Numbered from the stretch's first letter, positions 1-12,650 are shown. The stretch is 64,000 bases of DNA from Squalus acanthias (GCA_030390025.1 CM059432.1:130078001-130142000); one strand, 5' to 3'. Numbers and translations: made by a program. Notes: generated from the letters alone by a model not told the origin.

Positions 1-444
1 TCTGCTGCCATCCTCGCTGGTTCATTCACATTTCCCCGGGGCTCTCACCGCGCCGCAGCAGGCCAGCAATCTGTGCTCCAGCAGATTGCTCCGGATGCTG
101 AGGTGCTGCCCCGTGGGAGTGCCAGTGTGCCGGTCGAGCAGGGAGTTGCTGTCCTCGCTCAAGATGACAGCATTCCTGCTGCCACCACTGTCACTTCTCC
201 ACTGCAGTTGCCACCGCCTGTAGGACAGACTGCTGCCGCCCATGCAGAGTTGGTGCAGTCTGCAGCCGGGCCCTCCAGGCCCAGAACTGGTCGAGGCCGT
301 CCCTCAAGGGCATCTGCATTGTCAGGGCCTGACAGTCAGCAGCCTTCCACCAGCCTTGCTGCAGCCACTGAGGTCCCATTGCGGAGGAGCAGTAGGGTAA
401 GAAGGGGGGAAGGGCGCACGGGAAGGAGTTCACCCTCGATGTAG
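1..444 (+). CDS. C-terminal, low-complexity part of the Harbinger second (Myb/SANT-like) ORF
   Basis: Frame is open from base 1 to the TAG at 442-444 and converges on the transposase. Bases ~340-395 match segments in other Harbinger derivatives (~4960-5017, ~49975-50035). The Myb domain itself is outside the window. Confidence 0.6.
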   Translation, partial: SAAILAGSFTFPRGSHRAAAGQQSVLQQIAPDAEVLPRGSASVPVEQGVAVLAQDDSIPAATTVTSPLQLPPPVGQTAAAHAELVQSAAGPSRPRTGRGRPSRASALSGPDSQQPSTSLAAATEVPLRRSSRVRRGEGRTGRSSPSM

Positions 445-668
445 GAGGTGTGACAAAATGCTGGTCATTTTTTTATTAAAGGCCGAGGTTCGTGGTCAAA
501 CTTTTGTTGAGTGTTTTGCACATGATCTCCAGGTTGTGAGAACCAGTTATGGTAATGACTGTTTTTTTGTGTTTATTTGTATGAGTTTGTCATGAAGAAA
601 TGACACACACAGAGTTTGTAAAATAAATAAGTTTTGGTACTCAAAATATACATGTTTGGTGTTTGGAA

Positions 669-854
669 TCATTGGTGCCTTGGCCGGCTTAGGGGTTGCG
701 TGTTGGGTTCATTCATGCTGTTCTCAATGGCAGAAGCCATTTCCACAGCAGGGGCCGAGAAGCGGCTTGCTATCAGCCGCTGACGGACGGCCCTTGTAGT
801 TTCACCATTGTGAGCCGCCCTCACGCCTTGGTGCTGCTGCTGATCATCCTCCTC

Positions 855-885
<31 letters not shown>

Positions 886-1916
886 GGTGGTGCTCCAAGG
901 CCTGGTGGCATTGGCTGGGTCCTGAGGATTGCCATGTTATGCAGCATGCAGCACACAACTACGATGTTGGAAACTCGCTCAGGCGAGTACTGCAGGGCTC
1001 CTCCAGAATGGTCGAGACAGCGGAACCGTTGCTTGAGCACGCCGATTGTGTGCTCCACGATGTTCCTGGTAGCTTGATGGCTCTCGTTGTACCGCAGCTC
1101 AGCAGGGGTGTTGGGCGTACGGAGCGGTGTCATCAGCCAGGTGCTCAGTGGATACCCCTTGTCCCCGAGAAGCCAACCAACTGGCTGATGCGGTGCCTCG
1201 AAAAGTTCTGCCACAGTAGTCTGGCGCAGGATGAAAGCATCGTGGCAGCTGCCAGGATAGTGGGCATTGACAGCGAGTATCAGCTGTCTGTGGTCACAGA
1301 CCAACTGAACATTCAAGGAATGGAACCCCTTTCTGTTCCGGAAATCCTCGGCATTCTCATGCGGAGCACGCAAAGCCACATGCGTGCAGTCAATGGCGCC
1401 CTGCACCATGGGGAAGCCCGCTATCCTCGCAAAGCCCAGAGCGCGTTCTTGCTACTTGTCTGGGGTCATGGGGAAAGAGATGAACTCTCGTCTCCTTTTA
1501 AAGAGGGCATTTGTGACCTTCCTGATGCAGCAATGCACCGCGAACTGGGAGATATTGGCGATGTCCCCAACAGCAGATTGAAATGAGCCAGTAGCATAAA
1601 AGTTCAGAGCCACTGTGACCTTCACTGCCACCGACAGAGACGTCCTGGACCTCAGTTGAGGCTGCAGATCTGGCTGCAGCAGGTGGCAGAGCTCAGTGAC
1701 CACCTCCTTGCTGAAGCGCAGCCTTCGCAGACACTGCTCCTCAGACATATGAATGTAGGAGAGCTGTTCACGATATACCCTGGGAGGGTAAGCTCTCCTG
1801 TACAGACGCCTGTTGGCCCTCCTCCGTCTGGCCATCATTGCCACTCTCTCTCTGCGTCTCTGTCTCCTCCGATTCAGCTGGCGCAGGACGACGCCCCCCA
1901 TCAGTGCAGCCCCCAT
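669..1916 (-). pseudogene. Harbinger (HARBI1-like) DDE transposase with one in-frame stop
   Basis: ORFs 1452-1928 and 669-1409 share a frame and are split by TAG at 1452-1454. Motifs: [47 protein letters not shown], acidic tail. Confidence 0.93.
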
Positions 1917-2411
1917 ATCTCTTAGCAAGCAAAGTTATGAAGGCCAGAAACCAAAGTACCAGCGAAGTTAGGATGAGTAGCCAAAACTACCTCACACAGC
2001 GTTGACTCAATGCAGAAGTCTTTCTTTCTCTCTCTCCGAATCTCTCTCTCTCTCTCAGAACGAGTGGTGCAAAAATGTCAACCACAGAGAAAGACAGGAA
2101 GAGGCCCCCTTTAAATAGCGCCACCCCCAGCCCCACAGCGATTGTTAGCGTTCCACTCTTCCGGTCGTTGGATGCGCCAGGCGGTAAGGATGGGGGCGCC
2201 ACTGAAATTCTGCTCCGGGGCGCCACAAGGGCGTTGCACTCTCGTATGACGTCACAATCTGCGCGCGCAGGAGATCGCGGCGATAAAGTTTAGCGCCGCC
2301 GCAAAATGTCTAGTTAAGTTCGCGAGCGGCGCAAACATCGCTGCGCCCGGGCACTAGCTGCTTTGCGCCCCATTAGCGCAACCAACTGAATTTTTCCCCC
2401 TTAGAGTCTTA

Positions 2412-3297
2412 GGGGGAAAAATTCAGTATCGCCCCGTTTGGGGCGCAATTATCGGCTGTGCGCAAAGTTTAGCGCCTGGCGCTAATTATCGCCTCCGACT
2501 GCAAACTTGGCTTTTATCGCCCCTGGAGGTGATTAGAGCACTAAATCAGGCGCTACACACCTGTCTTAAGGCACAAAGGCCAAGGAGCGAGGCGCTACCT
2601 CAGAGCGCTGGCGAAGCTCATGTGATGTCAGTCACCAATGGAACACAGACACAATGGCGCCGGCCAGTTCTTAAACGGGAGGGTCGATCTTGCTCTCCAT
2701 CCACATCCTGCTCATTGCAGCCTTGAATCTCGGCCTGGAGAGACCTGTACATCAAATCTGCTGGATAGAACAATGGAGAGAACCAGGGAAAGAGCTCAGA
2801 GTGCAGCCCCCACAGTCTCTTCTAAATCGATACAAGGAAGGGCAAATCAAAATGAACCTGCAAAGTGCTGCTCAGTACCCAAAAATCCTTCACACAGCGT
2901 TGAATCTCTCCAGAAGTCTCCCTCTCTCTCTCAGAATGCGTGGTGCAAAAATGTCACCAACAAAAAAAGGCAGGAAGCGTTCGCCTTTAAATAGCGCTCC
3001 CCCAGTCCCTTTCTGACTGCTAAACGCTCCCCTCAACCTGTCGTTGCTAGCGGCAGGCGGTGAGGCAGGGGGCGCCACTCAATATCCGCTCCGGGGCGCT
3101 ACCGGGGCGTTGCGCACTCGACTGACGTCACGATCTGCCGGTGCAGGAGATCGTGATGGTAGTGTTTAGCGCCGCCGCAAAATGTCTGGTCAATTTCGCG
3201 AGAGGCACAGATATCGCCGCGCCCGGGCGCTAGTTGCTTTGCGCCCCATTAACGCCCTCTTAAGGCGGGAGGCGCAAACCAACTGAACTTTTCCCCC
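2412..3297. mobile_element. Non-autonomous Harbinger deletion derivative
   Basis: TIRs GGGGGAAAAATTCAG...CTGAACTTTTCCCCC. Bases ~2890-3297 resemble 1990-2400. Confidence 0.85.
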
Positions 3298-3300
3298 TAT

Positions 3301-4817
3301 ACAGCACAGAAAGAGGCCCTTCAGCCGATCGTGTCCGCGCCGACCATCAAGCCCTCTCTATTCTAATCCCATTTTCCGGCACTTGGTCCACAGCCTTGTA
3401 TGCTATGGCGTTTCAAGTGCTCATCTAAATGCTTCTTGCATGTTGTGAGGGTTCCTGCCTCTACCACCCTTTCAGGCAGTGAGTTCCAGATTCCAACCAC
3501 CCTCTGGGTGAAAAAGTTTTTCCTCAAATCCCCTCTAAACCTCCTGCCCCTTACCTTGAAACTATGCCCCCTGGTTATTGACCCCTCTACTAAGGGGAAA
3601 AGTTCCTTTCTATCTACCCTATCTATGCCCCTCATAATTTTGTACACCTCAATCAGGTCCCCCCTCAGCCTTCTCTGCTCTAAGGAAAACAACCCCAGCC
3701 TGTCCAGTCTCTCTTCATAGCTGAAGTGCTCCAGCCCAGGTAACATCCTGGTGAATCTCCTCTGCACCCTCTCCAATGCAATCACATCCTTCCTATAGTG
3801 TGGCGACCAGAACTGCACACAGTATTCCAGCTATGGCCTAACTAACGTTTTGTACAGCTCCATCATAACCTCCCTGCTCTTATATTCTATGCCTCGGCTA
3901 ATGAAGGCAAGTATCCCATATGCCTTTTTAACCACCTTATCTACTTGTCCTGCTGCCTTCAGGGATCTATGTACATGCACACCAAGGTCCCTCTGATCCT
4001 CTGTCCTTCCTAGGGTCCTACCATTCATTGTGTATTCCCTTGCCTTGTTAGTCCTCCCAAAATGCATCACCTCACACTTTTCAGGGTTAAATTCCATTTG
4101 CCATTGTTCTGCCCATCTAACCAACCCGTCTATATCGTCCTGTAGCCTGAGGCTTCCCTCCTCGCTATTTACCACTCCACCAATTTTCGTGTCATCTGCG
4201 AACTTACTGATCATACCTCCTACATTCATATCTAAATCATTAATGTACACTACAAACAGCAAGGGACCCAGCACCGATCCCTGCGGTATACCACTGGACA
4301 CAGGCCTCCAGTCACGAAAACAACCTTCGACCACCACCCTCTGCCTCCTGCCACTAAGCCAATTTTGGATCCAATGTGCCAAATTGCCCTGGATCTCATG
4401 GGCTCTTACCTTCTAGACCAGTCTCCCATGTGGAACTTTGTCAAAAGTCTTACTGAAGTCCATGTAGACTACATCAACTGCACTACCCTCATCCACACAC
4501 CTAGTCACCCCCTCTAAAAATTCAATCAAATTGGTTAGACATGATCTCCCCCTGACAAAGCCATGCTGACTATCCTTGATTAATCCTTGCCTCTCCAAGT
4601 GGAGACTAATTCTGTCCCTCAGAATTTTTTCCAATAATTTCCCTACCACTGATGTTAGGCTCACTGGCCTGTAATTCCCTGGTTTATCCCTACTACCCTT
4701 CTTGAATAATTGTACTACATTAGCTGTTCTCCAGTCCTCTGGCACCTCCCTGTGACCAGAGAGGTTCTGAAAATTTGTGTCATAGCCCCTGCAATCTCCT
4801 CCCTTTCCTCACACAGC

Positions 4818-4850
<33 letters not shown>

Positions 4851-4920
4851 CTCGTCAGGGCCTAGGGATTTATCCACTTTTAAGCCCACTAAACCCGCTA
4901 GTACCTCCTCCCTCTCAATG
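3301..4920 (-). mobile_element. CR1/HER1-type LINE, 5'-truncated RT and 3' tail
   Basis: In-frame ORFs 4413-4745, 3831-4382 and 3363-3818 ([35 protein letters not shown]) are separated by single stops. Confidence 0.95.
4810..4849. repeat. (CA)n microsatellite inside CR1
   Basis: Direct reading. Confidence 0.95.
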
Positions 4921-5021
4921 ACCAGCAAGGTCATTTGCAGTGTCCCCCACTGAAAATCACCAGCCTTCCACCAGCCATGCTGCTGCCACTGGGGTAGCAC
5001 TGCGTGACACCAGTAGGATAG

Positions 5022-5152
5022 ATGTGATGCGGAGATGCCGGTGTTGGACTAGGGTGGACAAAAGTGAGAAGTCGCACAACACCAGGTTATAGTCCAACAG
5101 CTTTATTTGAAATCACAAGCTTTCGGAGCGCTGCTCCTTCGTCAGGTGAAGT
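5022..5152 (-). mobile_element. Penelope-like pLTR fragment carrying a hammerhead motif
   Basis: Flanked by CAGTAGGATAG (5011-5021) and CAGTCGGATAG (5153-5163). Absent from the sister copy near 49970. Confidence 0.75.
5113..5149 (-). ncRNA. Minimal type I hammerhead ribozyme motif
   Basis: Minus strand reads UCAC-CUGACGA-A-GGAGC agc GCUCC-GAAA-GCUU-GUGA. Confidence 0.75.
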
Positions 5153-6111
5153 CAGTCGGATAGGCAAAGGCACACACAAGACAGTCACTAAGAGAATGCA
5201 TAAGGGTGATGAGTTGATTTCTTGATGTCATTTTGGATGGATAAATGTATAAAGTTGGATTGGAAAGTTTGCTTTGTGTTGGCTTTTATTTCAGCATTGT
5301 GGCCAAGAGGACGTTGTGATGGTCAGTAACAGAGGGAAGGTAAGGGGTGGGACAAATGTTAAAAGGGGAATTGGGGTTGTGGTCACTGGGACTGCAGGTG
5401 AAAGACAGAAAGGGGCTGTCTGAGTTGCTTCCTCCTCTTCTGTGTCTTCCTCTTCTGCGTCTTCCTCTTCCCTCTGTGAGCGGATGCTGTAAATCTGAAA
5501 TGACAACATAAAATGCTGGAAATACTCAGCAGGTCAGGCAGCATCTCGACCTGAGAGATGTGAACTCTGTTTCTCTCTCCATGGATGTTGCCTGACCTGC
5601 TGAATATTTGCAGCATTTTCTGTCGTCTCAGAGACCTTCCTTCAGCATCCAAGACCTTGCAAGCATCCAGCAGCACTCCCTACACATTTAAAAGACTTTT
5701 AACATATATTGCAGCAAGCCACTACTTCAATAAAATCAAAAAAATCTAGTCCAAAAGCTTGAATGCAAACTCACCTGAAAGATGTATATGTTCCTTTAAG
5801 AGGTGCTGACCGTGCCTCTGTCAGTCTGCTGAACGCTGGGTTTTCATGGTGAGCTTCGGGTCCAGCGCTAAACTCAGCACTAAGGTCCAAATTCACTGAG
5901 GTGACGTTAAGTCGGCGTTGCACGCTGGCTGAAGTCACCTCTCCCTCATTTAAATCTGCAGGGCCATCGATCTTACCGGCAGCGCTACCGGCCGTCTTTT
6001 CGCTACTTTTTGCCGATAACGGGTAGCGTAAAGCCCCTGAATTTTTAGCCCATTGCCTACTAGTTGAAGGTCTGTATTGTTGTGTTATTCAAATGTATTT
6101 TCAGCAGGCAA

Positions 6112-6790
6112 AAGAACATAAGAACATAAGAAATAGGAGCAGGAGTAGGCCAATCGGCCCTTCGAGCCTGCTCCGCCATTCAATAAGACCATGGCTGATC
6201 TGATCCTCACCTCAAATCTAAAGAACACAAGAAGTAGGAGCAGGACCCGGCCACTCAGCCCCTGGGCCCGCTACGCCACCCACAGGGCCTCGACCGATCC
6301 GAACTCAGCCTCATGTCCAATTTCCTGCCCGCTCCCCGTAACCCCTAATTCCCTTTACTTCTAGGAAACTGTCTATTTCTATTTTAAATTTATTTAATGA
6401 AGTAGCTTCCACAGCTTCCTGGGGCAGCAAATTCCACAGACCTACTACCCTCTGAGTGAAGAAGTTTCTCCTCATCTCAGTTTTGAAAGAGCAGCCCCTT
6501 ATTCTAAGATTATGCCCCCTAGTTCTAGTTTCACTCATCCTTGGGAACATCCTTACCGCATCCACCCGATCAAGCCCCTTCATAATCTTATATGTTTCAA
6601 TAAGATCGCCTCTCACTCTTCTGAACTCCAATGAGTAGAGTCCCAATCTACTCAACCTCTCCTCATATGTCCACCCCCTCATCCCGGGGATTAACCGAGT
6701 GAACCTTCTTTGTACTGCCTCGAGAGCAAGTATGTCTTTTCTTAAGTATGGACACCAAAACTGTATGCAGTATTCCAGGTGCGGTCTCAT
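6112..6790 (-). mobile_element. CR1 LINE 3' fragment with doubled 3' tail
   Basis: ORF 6311-6790 (RPHLEYCIQFW...RRNFFTQRVV) and an AAGAACAT-repeat tail. Confidence 0.93.
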
Positions 6791-7224
6791 TCTGGGATTA
6801 CTTCATCTCATATATTTTATGAAGTTATATGCACTAATCTAGTTAGCAGTAATTAACCAACTTTGAATACACAGTGATCTCAGGTTTGTTCATTCTGAAT
6901 TGATGAAATTATCCTGCAATTGATTATGACAAAAGAACACTACAGCTTCAAACTGGATCCTTTAGTTGGAAGTTATTTTGTTTTCAACCATTTATTAACC
7001 TGCTGGTAGATAAAATAACATATCAAATAATTATGTACAATGTGATACCATTACAGTGATTTAGATGAACTTTCAAAATCTAGTTGACCAGTCTCGCAAG
7101 TTGCTCTTCTGAGTCATTTGCTTGAAAACATGGCTCAGCATTTTGCATATTAACGCTGTGCCACATACCTCTCTTTGAATGTACTAAAACCAAAGCAATT
7201 TCATTTCCAGCACGTCACATAAGT

Positions 7225-7520
7225 CATCACCCGATGCAGAGGAGGACGGGCAAGTCGGAGGGCCTTCTTGTGGGTCTACACCTGGACCTGGCCAATGTGG
7301 CCTTATATAGGCCTAGGATGGACACAGCCCATGGGGCCGGGGGGATGGGGATGGGTTCACTCTGGCTGGCTGTCTCTCTTCTGCGGTCTTGTCTGCACCC
7401 AGGTGGCCCTGGAGAGGGAACGTGTGTTGCCCACCGGTAAGCTTGCGGTCTTTGGGCAACCGGTGGGCACCGCAGGGACCGGAGCGTCTTGTGGACACCA
7501 GGAGCAATATTATCATTTAG
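7225..7520 (+). mobile_element. L1/Tx1-clade LINE ORF2 C-terminal remnant
   Basis: Frameshifted peptides LLVGLHLDLANVALYR / LSLFCGLVCTQVALERE / WAPQG resemble Tx1-type ORF2 ends (recalled similarity). Confidence 0.55.
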
Positions 7521-7552
7521 TTTTATAAGTTTCCTTCTGTTCTTTTTACGGT

Positions 7553-10267
7553 AAGAACATAAGAACATAAGAAATAGGAGCAGGAGTAGGCCATTCGGCC
7601 CCTCGAGCCTGCTCCGCCATTCAATAAGATCATGGCTGATCTGATCTTGACCTCAACTCCACTTTCCTGCCTGTTCCCCATAACCCTTGACTCCCCTTAG
7701 CTCAAATATCTGTCTATCCCCGCGTTGAATATATTCACTGATTCAGCCTCCACAGCCCTCTGGGGTAGAGAATTCCAAAGATTCACGAACCTCAGAGAGA
7801 AGAAATTTCCTCCTCATCTCCTTATCCTGAAACTATACCCCCTAATTCTAGATTCCCCCACAAGGGGAAACATCCTCTCAGCATCTACTCTGTCAAGCCT
7901 CCTCAAAATCTTATATGTTTCAATAAGATCACCTCTCATTCTTCTAAACTCCAACCTGCTCAACCTTTCCTCATAAGACAACCCCTTCATCTCAGGAATC
8001 AACTTAGTGAACCTTCTCTGAACTGCCTCCAATGCAAGTATATCCCTCCTTAAATAAGGAGACTAAAACTGCACGCAGTACTCCATGTGTGGTCTCACCA
8101 GCGTCCTGTATAGTTGTAGCAAGACTTCCCTATTTTTATACTCCACCCCCCTTGCAATAAAGGCCAACATTCTATTTGCCTTCCTAATTACTTGCTGTAC
8201 CTGCATGCTAACTTTTTGCGTTTCATGTATGAGGACCCCCAGATCCTTCTGTACCTGCAGCATTCTGTAGTCTCTCTCCATTTAAATAATATTTTGCTTT
8301 TCTATTCTTCCTACCTCACATTTTCCCACATTATATTCCATCTGCCAAATTTTTGCCCACTCACTTAACCTATCTATATCCCTTTGCAGACTCTTTGGGG
8401 GGAATTTTGCCGGCGCTCAGGGGGCTGGTTTGGAGGCAGGACATCTGGTAAAATTGCAAAGATTGACAGCGGGTCCCGAACCCACTGTCAACCCACTTCC
8501 AAACAATCTTCCCGGGTGTCGGGTCCCGGATTTGCGCATGGACCCGACACCTTGCAGCAGGAAGAGGATTATAGGCACTTAACTGCTTGTTAACAGTTAG
8601 TTAAAGGCAGTTAAGAGGCTTTTTCCAACTTTGACAGGTCTACTGCGGGCTTCCCGACATCCAGACACCATGCCAGGGTAAGTGTGGCGTGCTGTGGGTC
8701 TACTGTAATGTTTCTTCATTGATGACAGCTGCAGAAGTGGTGTGAAGGATCCAATGGTACACTGGTGAGTTTCAGAGGTAAGAAAATGTTGGGAAAATCA
8801 TTTTTAATGTATTTAGACTTTTCTGTCGGTAACAAATTTTGAAGTGTTTGTGTAGTCCCACCTCATTGGGAGAACCTCTCTCACCAGTGACAGATCGCTT
8901 CTGTAACCTCACCTGCAGCTGCCATCTGTTCTAGCCTAAGGAGAGAGGCACTGAAGAGCCTGGGTGCAAGGGCTCACCTTTGTACAGTGATTGTCAGTGT
9001 TTGCAGCACCTCAATGCTGTCAAACACTGAAAAATCACCTGTCAAAAAAAATTGAGCGTGGCCCCTTTAAGAAAACCAGCAGATGACACATCATCAACTG
9101 ACATCATCTGACACCGGCTTTCTCCTAATTGGCCGGCAAGCCTGCAGGGCGGGCTTAACAAGGCCAATTGACGTAAAATAGCGTATGTGTGTCGGACGTC
9201 GTTGGGGGCCGGGATCGGAACCTGGAAGGATGCTGTCCCGCCCCTAGGCCGCACCGAAAGGTAAAATCCAGCCCTTTGTGTCCTCCTCACAACTTGCTTT
9301 CCCACCTAACTTTGTATCGTCAGCAAATTAGGCTACAGTACACTCGGTCCCTTCATCCAAATCATTAATATAGATTGTAAATAGTTGAGGCCCCAGCACT
9401 GATCCCTGTGGCACCCCACTAGTTACAGTTTGCCAATCTGAATTAGCCATTTATCCCGATTCTCTGTTTTCTGTTTGTTAGCCAATCCTCTATCCACGCT
9501 AATATATTACCCCCAACACTGCGAGCTCTTATCTTGTGCAGTAACCTTTTATGTAGCAACTTATCAAATGCCTTTTGGAAATCCAAATACACTACATCTA
9601 CTGGTTCCCCTTGATCCACCCTGCTCGTTCCATCCTCAAAGAACTCTAATAAATTTGTCAAACACAATTTCCCTTTCATAAAACCATGTTGACTGCTTGA
9701 TTGTATTATGATTTTCTAAATGTTCTGCTACTACTCCCTTAATAATGGATTCCAGCATTTTCCCAATGACAGATGTTAGGCTAACTGGCCTATAGTTTCC
9801 TGCTTTCTGTCTCCCTCCTTTCTTGAATAGGGGCGTTACATTTGCGGTTTTCCAATCCGCTGGGACCTTTCCAGAATCTAGGGAATTTTGGAAGATTACA
9901 ACCAATGCATCCACTATCTGTGCAGCCACTTCTTTTAAGACCCTAGGATGCAGGCCATCAGGGCCAGGGGACTTGTCAGCCTTTAGTCCCATTAGTTTGC
10001 TTAGTACTTTTTCTCTAGTGATAGTGATTATTTTAAGTTCCTCCCTTCCTTTTGCCCCTTGATTATCTATTATTATTGGGATGCTTTTAGTGACTTCGAC
10101 CGTGAAGACAGATACAAAATATTTGTTCAAAGTCTCAGCCATTTCCTTGTTTCCCATTATTAATTCCCCAGTCTCATCCTCTAAGGGACCAACATTTACT
10201 TTAGCTACTCTTTTCCTTTTTATATACTTGTAGAAACTCTTACTGTCTGCTTTTATATTTCTTGTTA
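7553..10267 (-). mobile_element. CR1 LINE interrupted by a Harbinger MITE
   Basis: ORFs 9636-10157, 9443-9679, 8063-8281 and 7814-8032; 3' tail at 7553. Confidence 0.95.
8397..9274. mobile_element. Harbinger-type non-autonomous element
   Basis: GGGGGGAATTTT...AAAATCCAGCCC with TTT TSD. Removing it restores the CR1 sequence seen at ~20391-20410. Confidence 0.85.
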
Positions 10268-11747
10268 GTAAGTTTTTTTATGAGTTGTGCCTCTTAACAA
10301 AAAGGGGGCAGGTTTAGAAATGAGTCTTCAGTTGATGACCCAGTGCATCCTTATGGATTTTAAAAAAGGCATAAGGAAGTCATATATTGAATTAGCAAAC
10401 TGTTAAAGCCAAAAGGGATTATTCTGAGAGTGCAGCTGTAACCAAAAATAGACATTTCACTGGTCAATCACAGGGACTGCCCCTAACATCACACACCTGG
10501 ACGTCTCTTTTTGTAACAATGTCCTGGAGAACTGGCAACGCAGAACCCGTACAATCTTTCATATTTGTGGATCATGTCATTGATACTGACAGAGAAAGAA
10601 AACAAAAGAGCACTGAGGTTTTCTGATTAACACAAATTATATCCATGATTTAACTCACAAAATCCATGGCAATTTCGGATCCTTTAATTGCCCATCAAGA
10701 GTGTTTTCTTGAATGGGCAGAAGCTAATGTTTGCTGGACCAGATCATGTTGGGGCAACTGGTAATGTGGAGCAGTAACTTAGTAACCCGAGCAATTAAAT
10801 AACATTCAAAAAATTAGGATCACTTTACCAATGGGTTCTTTTATTGTGATGAAGAGCTCGATCCTTTAGAATAATCTTCACTGTAATGGTTTTCTTTACT
10901 TTGTTAGAATATATTAAACTGCAAATTTGTTGGGAGCACAAGGAGAAATGATGACATTCCAAATGGGTTCTCCTCCCCTTTGATGCTTTAGGATCCCACT
11001 CTTTCATAGCTCATTACACAACCTACAGATGCAATCAAGTAAGTGGCAGTTTCCAGCGCACTAAAATACCTCCTAATGTGATTAGTTAAATTGCCTACCA
11101 TCTGCAGGTGCACAGATGGGCGCTGCATCCTCCAATGATAAGACACATCAAATCTATGATATTATTCGATCAAGCAGGATTAGTTTTATACAGTGACGGG
11201 GGAAAAATTGCCTTGAGACAACATTGGATGAAACCTATGAAACTTGGATTTAAAGTTACAGAATCAGTTCCTCCTGTTTCCATTTAGTGCTGTTGTTCAA
11301 TGGAAAGTTCATTGCCAGTATAGAAACAAAACTGCTGAAGAAACTGGATCTATTCAGACTCTCCTTTCATTACAGAATGTCTGAATAATCTAATTGACCT
11401 GCTGAAACTTGAGAACTCCAGCTGTTTGGGTTATCGGAGAATGTATATTTGGGCCCACGGATGAGCAAAAAGCTTCAGATCAATGATTAGTGATTCAATC
11501 TAAACTGTGCAAGGACATTGATTTGGAATCAGTTCACAACCGGAAAATTGTTTCCTCCTCCACCTCAGGACTTTCACTGGTGGGGGAAAGAAATTAAAAC
11601 CATAACCAAACAAATCTCAAGCTGATTGTACTGGGCAAGTTTGGGCACGTCTTATATTAATTGTTGGTTGAGTGCTCCTTTTCATTTATATGTCCATCTG
11701 CCTATTTGTGTGTTTCGGTAATTAAGACTGTTTCTGCTAATAATGAC

Positions 11748-12650
11748 ATAGTAACAGTTTCAAGCAGGAGAAGACCTTTGGTCCATCTAGTTCACCTATC
11801 CACAGTATTCCCTTGGTGCATTTCTAATAACCCTGAATCCCATTTGTTGACAAGAACCTGTCTAGTTCCTTCTTGAAACTCATTAAGGTTTCTTGTTCCA
11901 CCATCTGTGCCTGTAATCTGTTCCACGTACTTGCGATTCCTTTAGTTACAAAGTTCCTTCTGTGATTCCTATTATCTTTTGTTGTCTGTAAATATGACCC
12001 CTTGTGCTTCAATTCTGTACATGGCAGAAAAACTTGCTTGGATCCAATTTGTCCAAACCTTTCATAGTTTTAAACACTTCTATCATATCCCCTCTTAGTC
12101 TTCTTTTTTCAAGAAAGAAATGACCCAGGGTAGTCAATCTTTCCTCATAGGTTGTTCCCTTAAGTTCTGGGAAAAAATGTGTAACATTTCTCTGTATCCC
12201 CTGCAATAACTGAATTTTTTTTTGGAATAGGAAGACCAAAACTGCACACACTACTCCAGATGTGGTCTCACCAAGGTCAGATACAGTTTTAAAATGACCT
12301 CTCTGAATTAATATGTTGTACCCCTTGTACCATCCCAACATTCTGTTTGCTTTTTTAACAGCCTGGGAACATTGTGCTGATATTGTTAGTGACCTGTCCT
12401 CTAAAGCCACAAGATCTCTCTCCTGCTCCGACACCTCAAGTGCATTCCCATTTAACACATATTCCACATCAACCTTCTTTTTAATAAACCTCACATGCTT
12501 ACGTTGCCCTGTATTAAATTGCATCTGACATTTCTCCGCACACTAATTCAGCTTGTCAAGATCCTTTGAGTATTTGTGCGCATTGACATTCATCATTTGC
12601 CATTGCTCTCAATTTGGTAACATCTGCAAATTTGGACACTTTGGACACAA
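11748..12650 (-). mobile_element. Older CR1 LINE fragment
   Basis: ORF 12009-12524 (RRLRGDMIEVFK) and SKFADVTKL near 12620. Confidence 0.88.

Larger units (their letters stand above)
1..2400. mobile_element. PIF/Harbinger DNA transposon, right part (left end outside window)
   Basis: Convergent partner-gene end (+) and transposase (-). GC-rich subterminal region ends in the TIR ...ACCAACTGAATTTTTCCCCC at 2400, followed by TTA. Confidence 0.9.
4921..6051 (-). mobile_element. Harbinger-derived composite element, copy 1 (left-truncated)
   Basis: Reverse-complement similarity to 49020-50060 and 38624-39600. TIR GAATTTTTAGCCC ends at 6051. Carries an acidic transposase-tail remnant and an internal pLTR hairpin. 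Confidence 0.8.

Noticed and set aside
696..1586. 296-aa plus-strand ORF
   Set aside because: Antisense shadow of the GC-rich transposase; its poly-Leu mirrors the poly-Glu.
5546..5583. Hammerhead remnants in the composite-element hairpin loops (also ~39135 and ~49535)
   Set aside because: CUGANGA is missing and GAAA is mutated, so they cannot be ribozymes.
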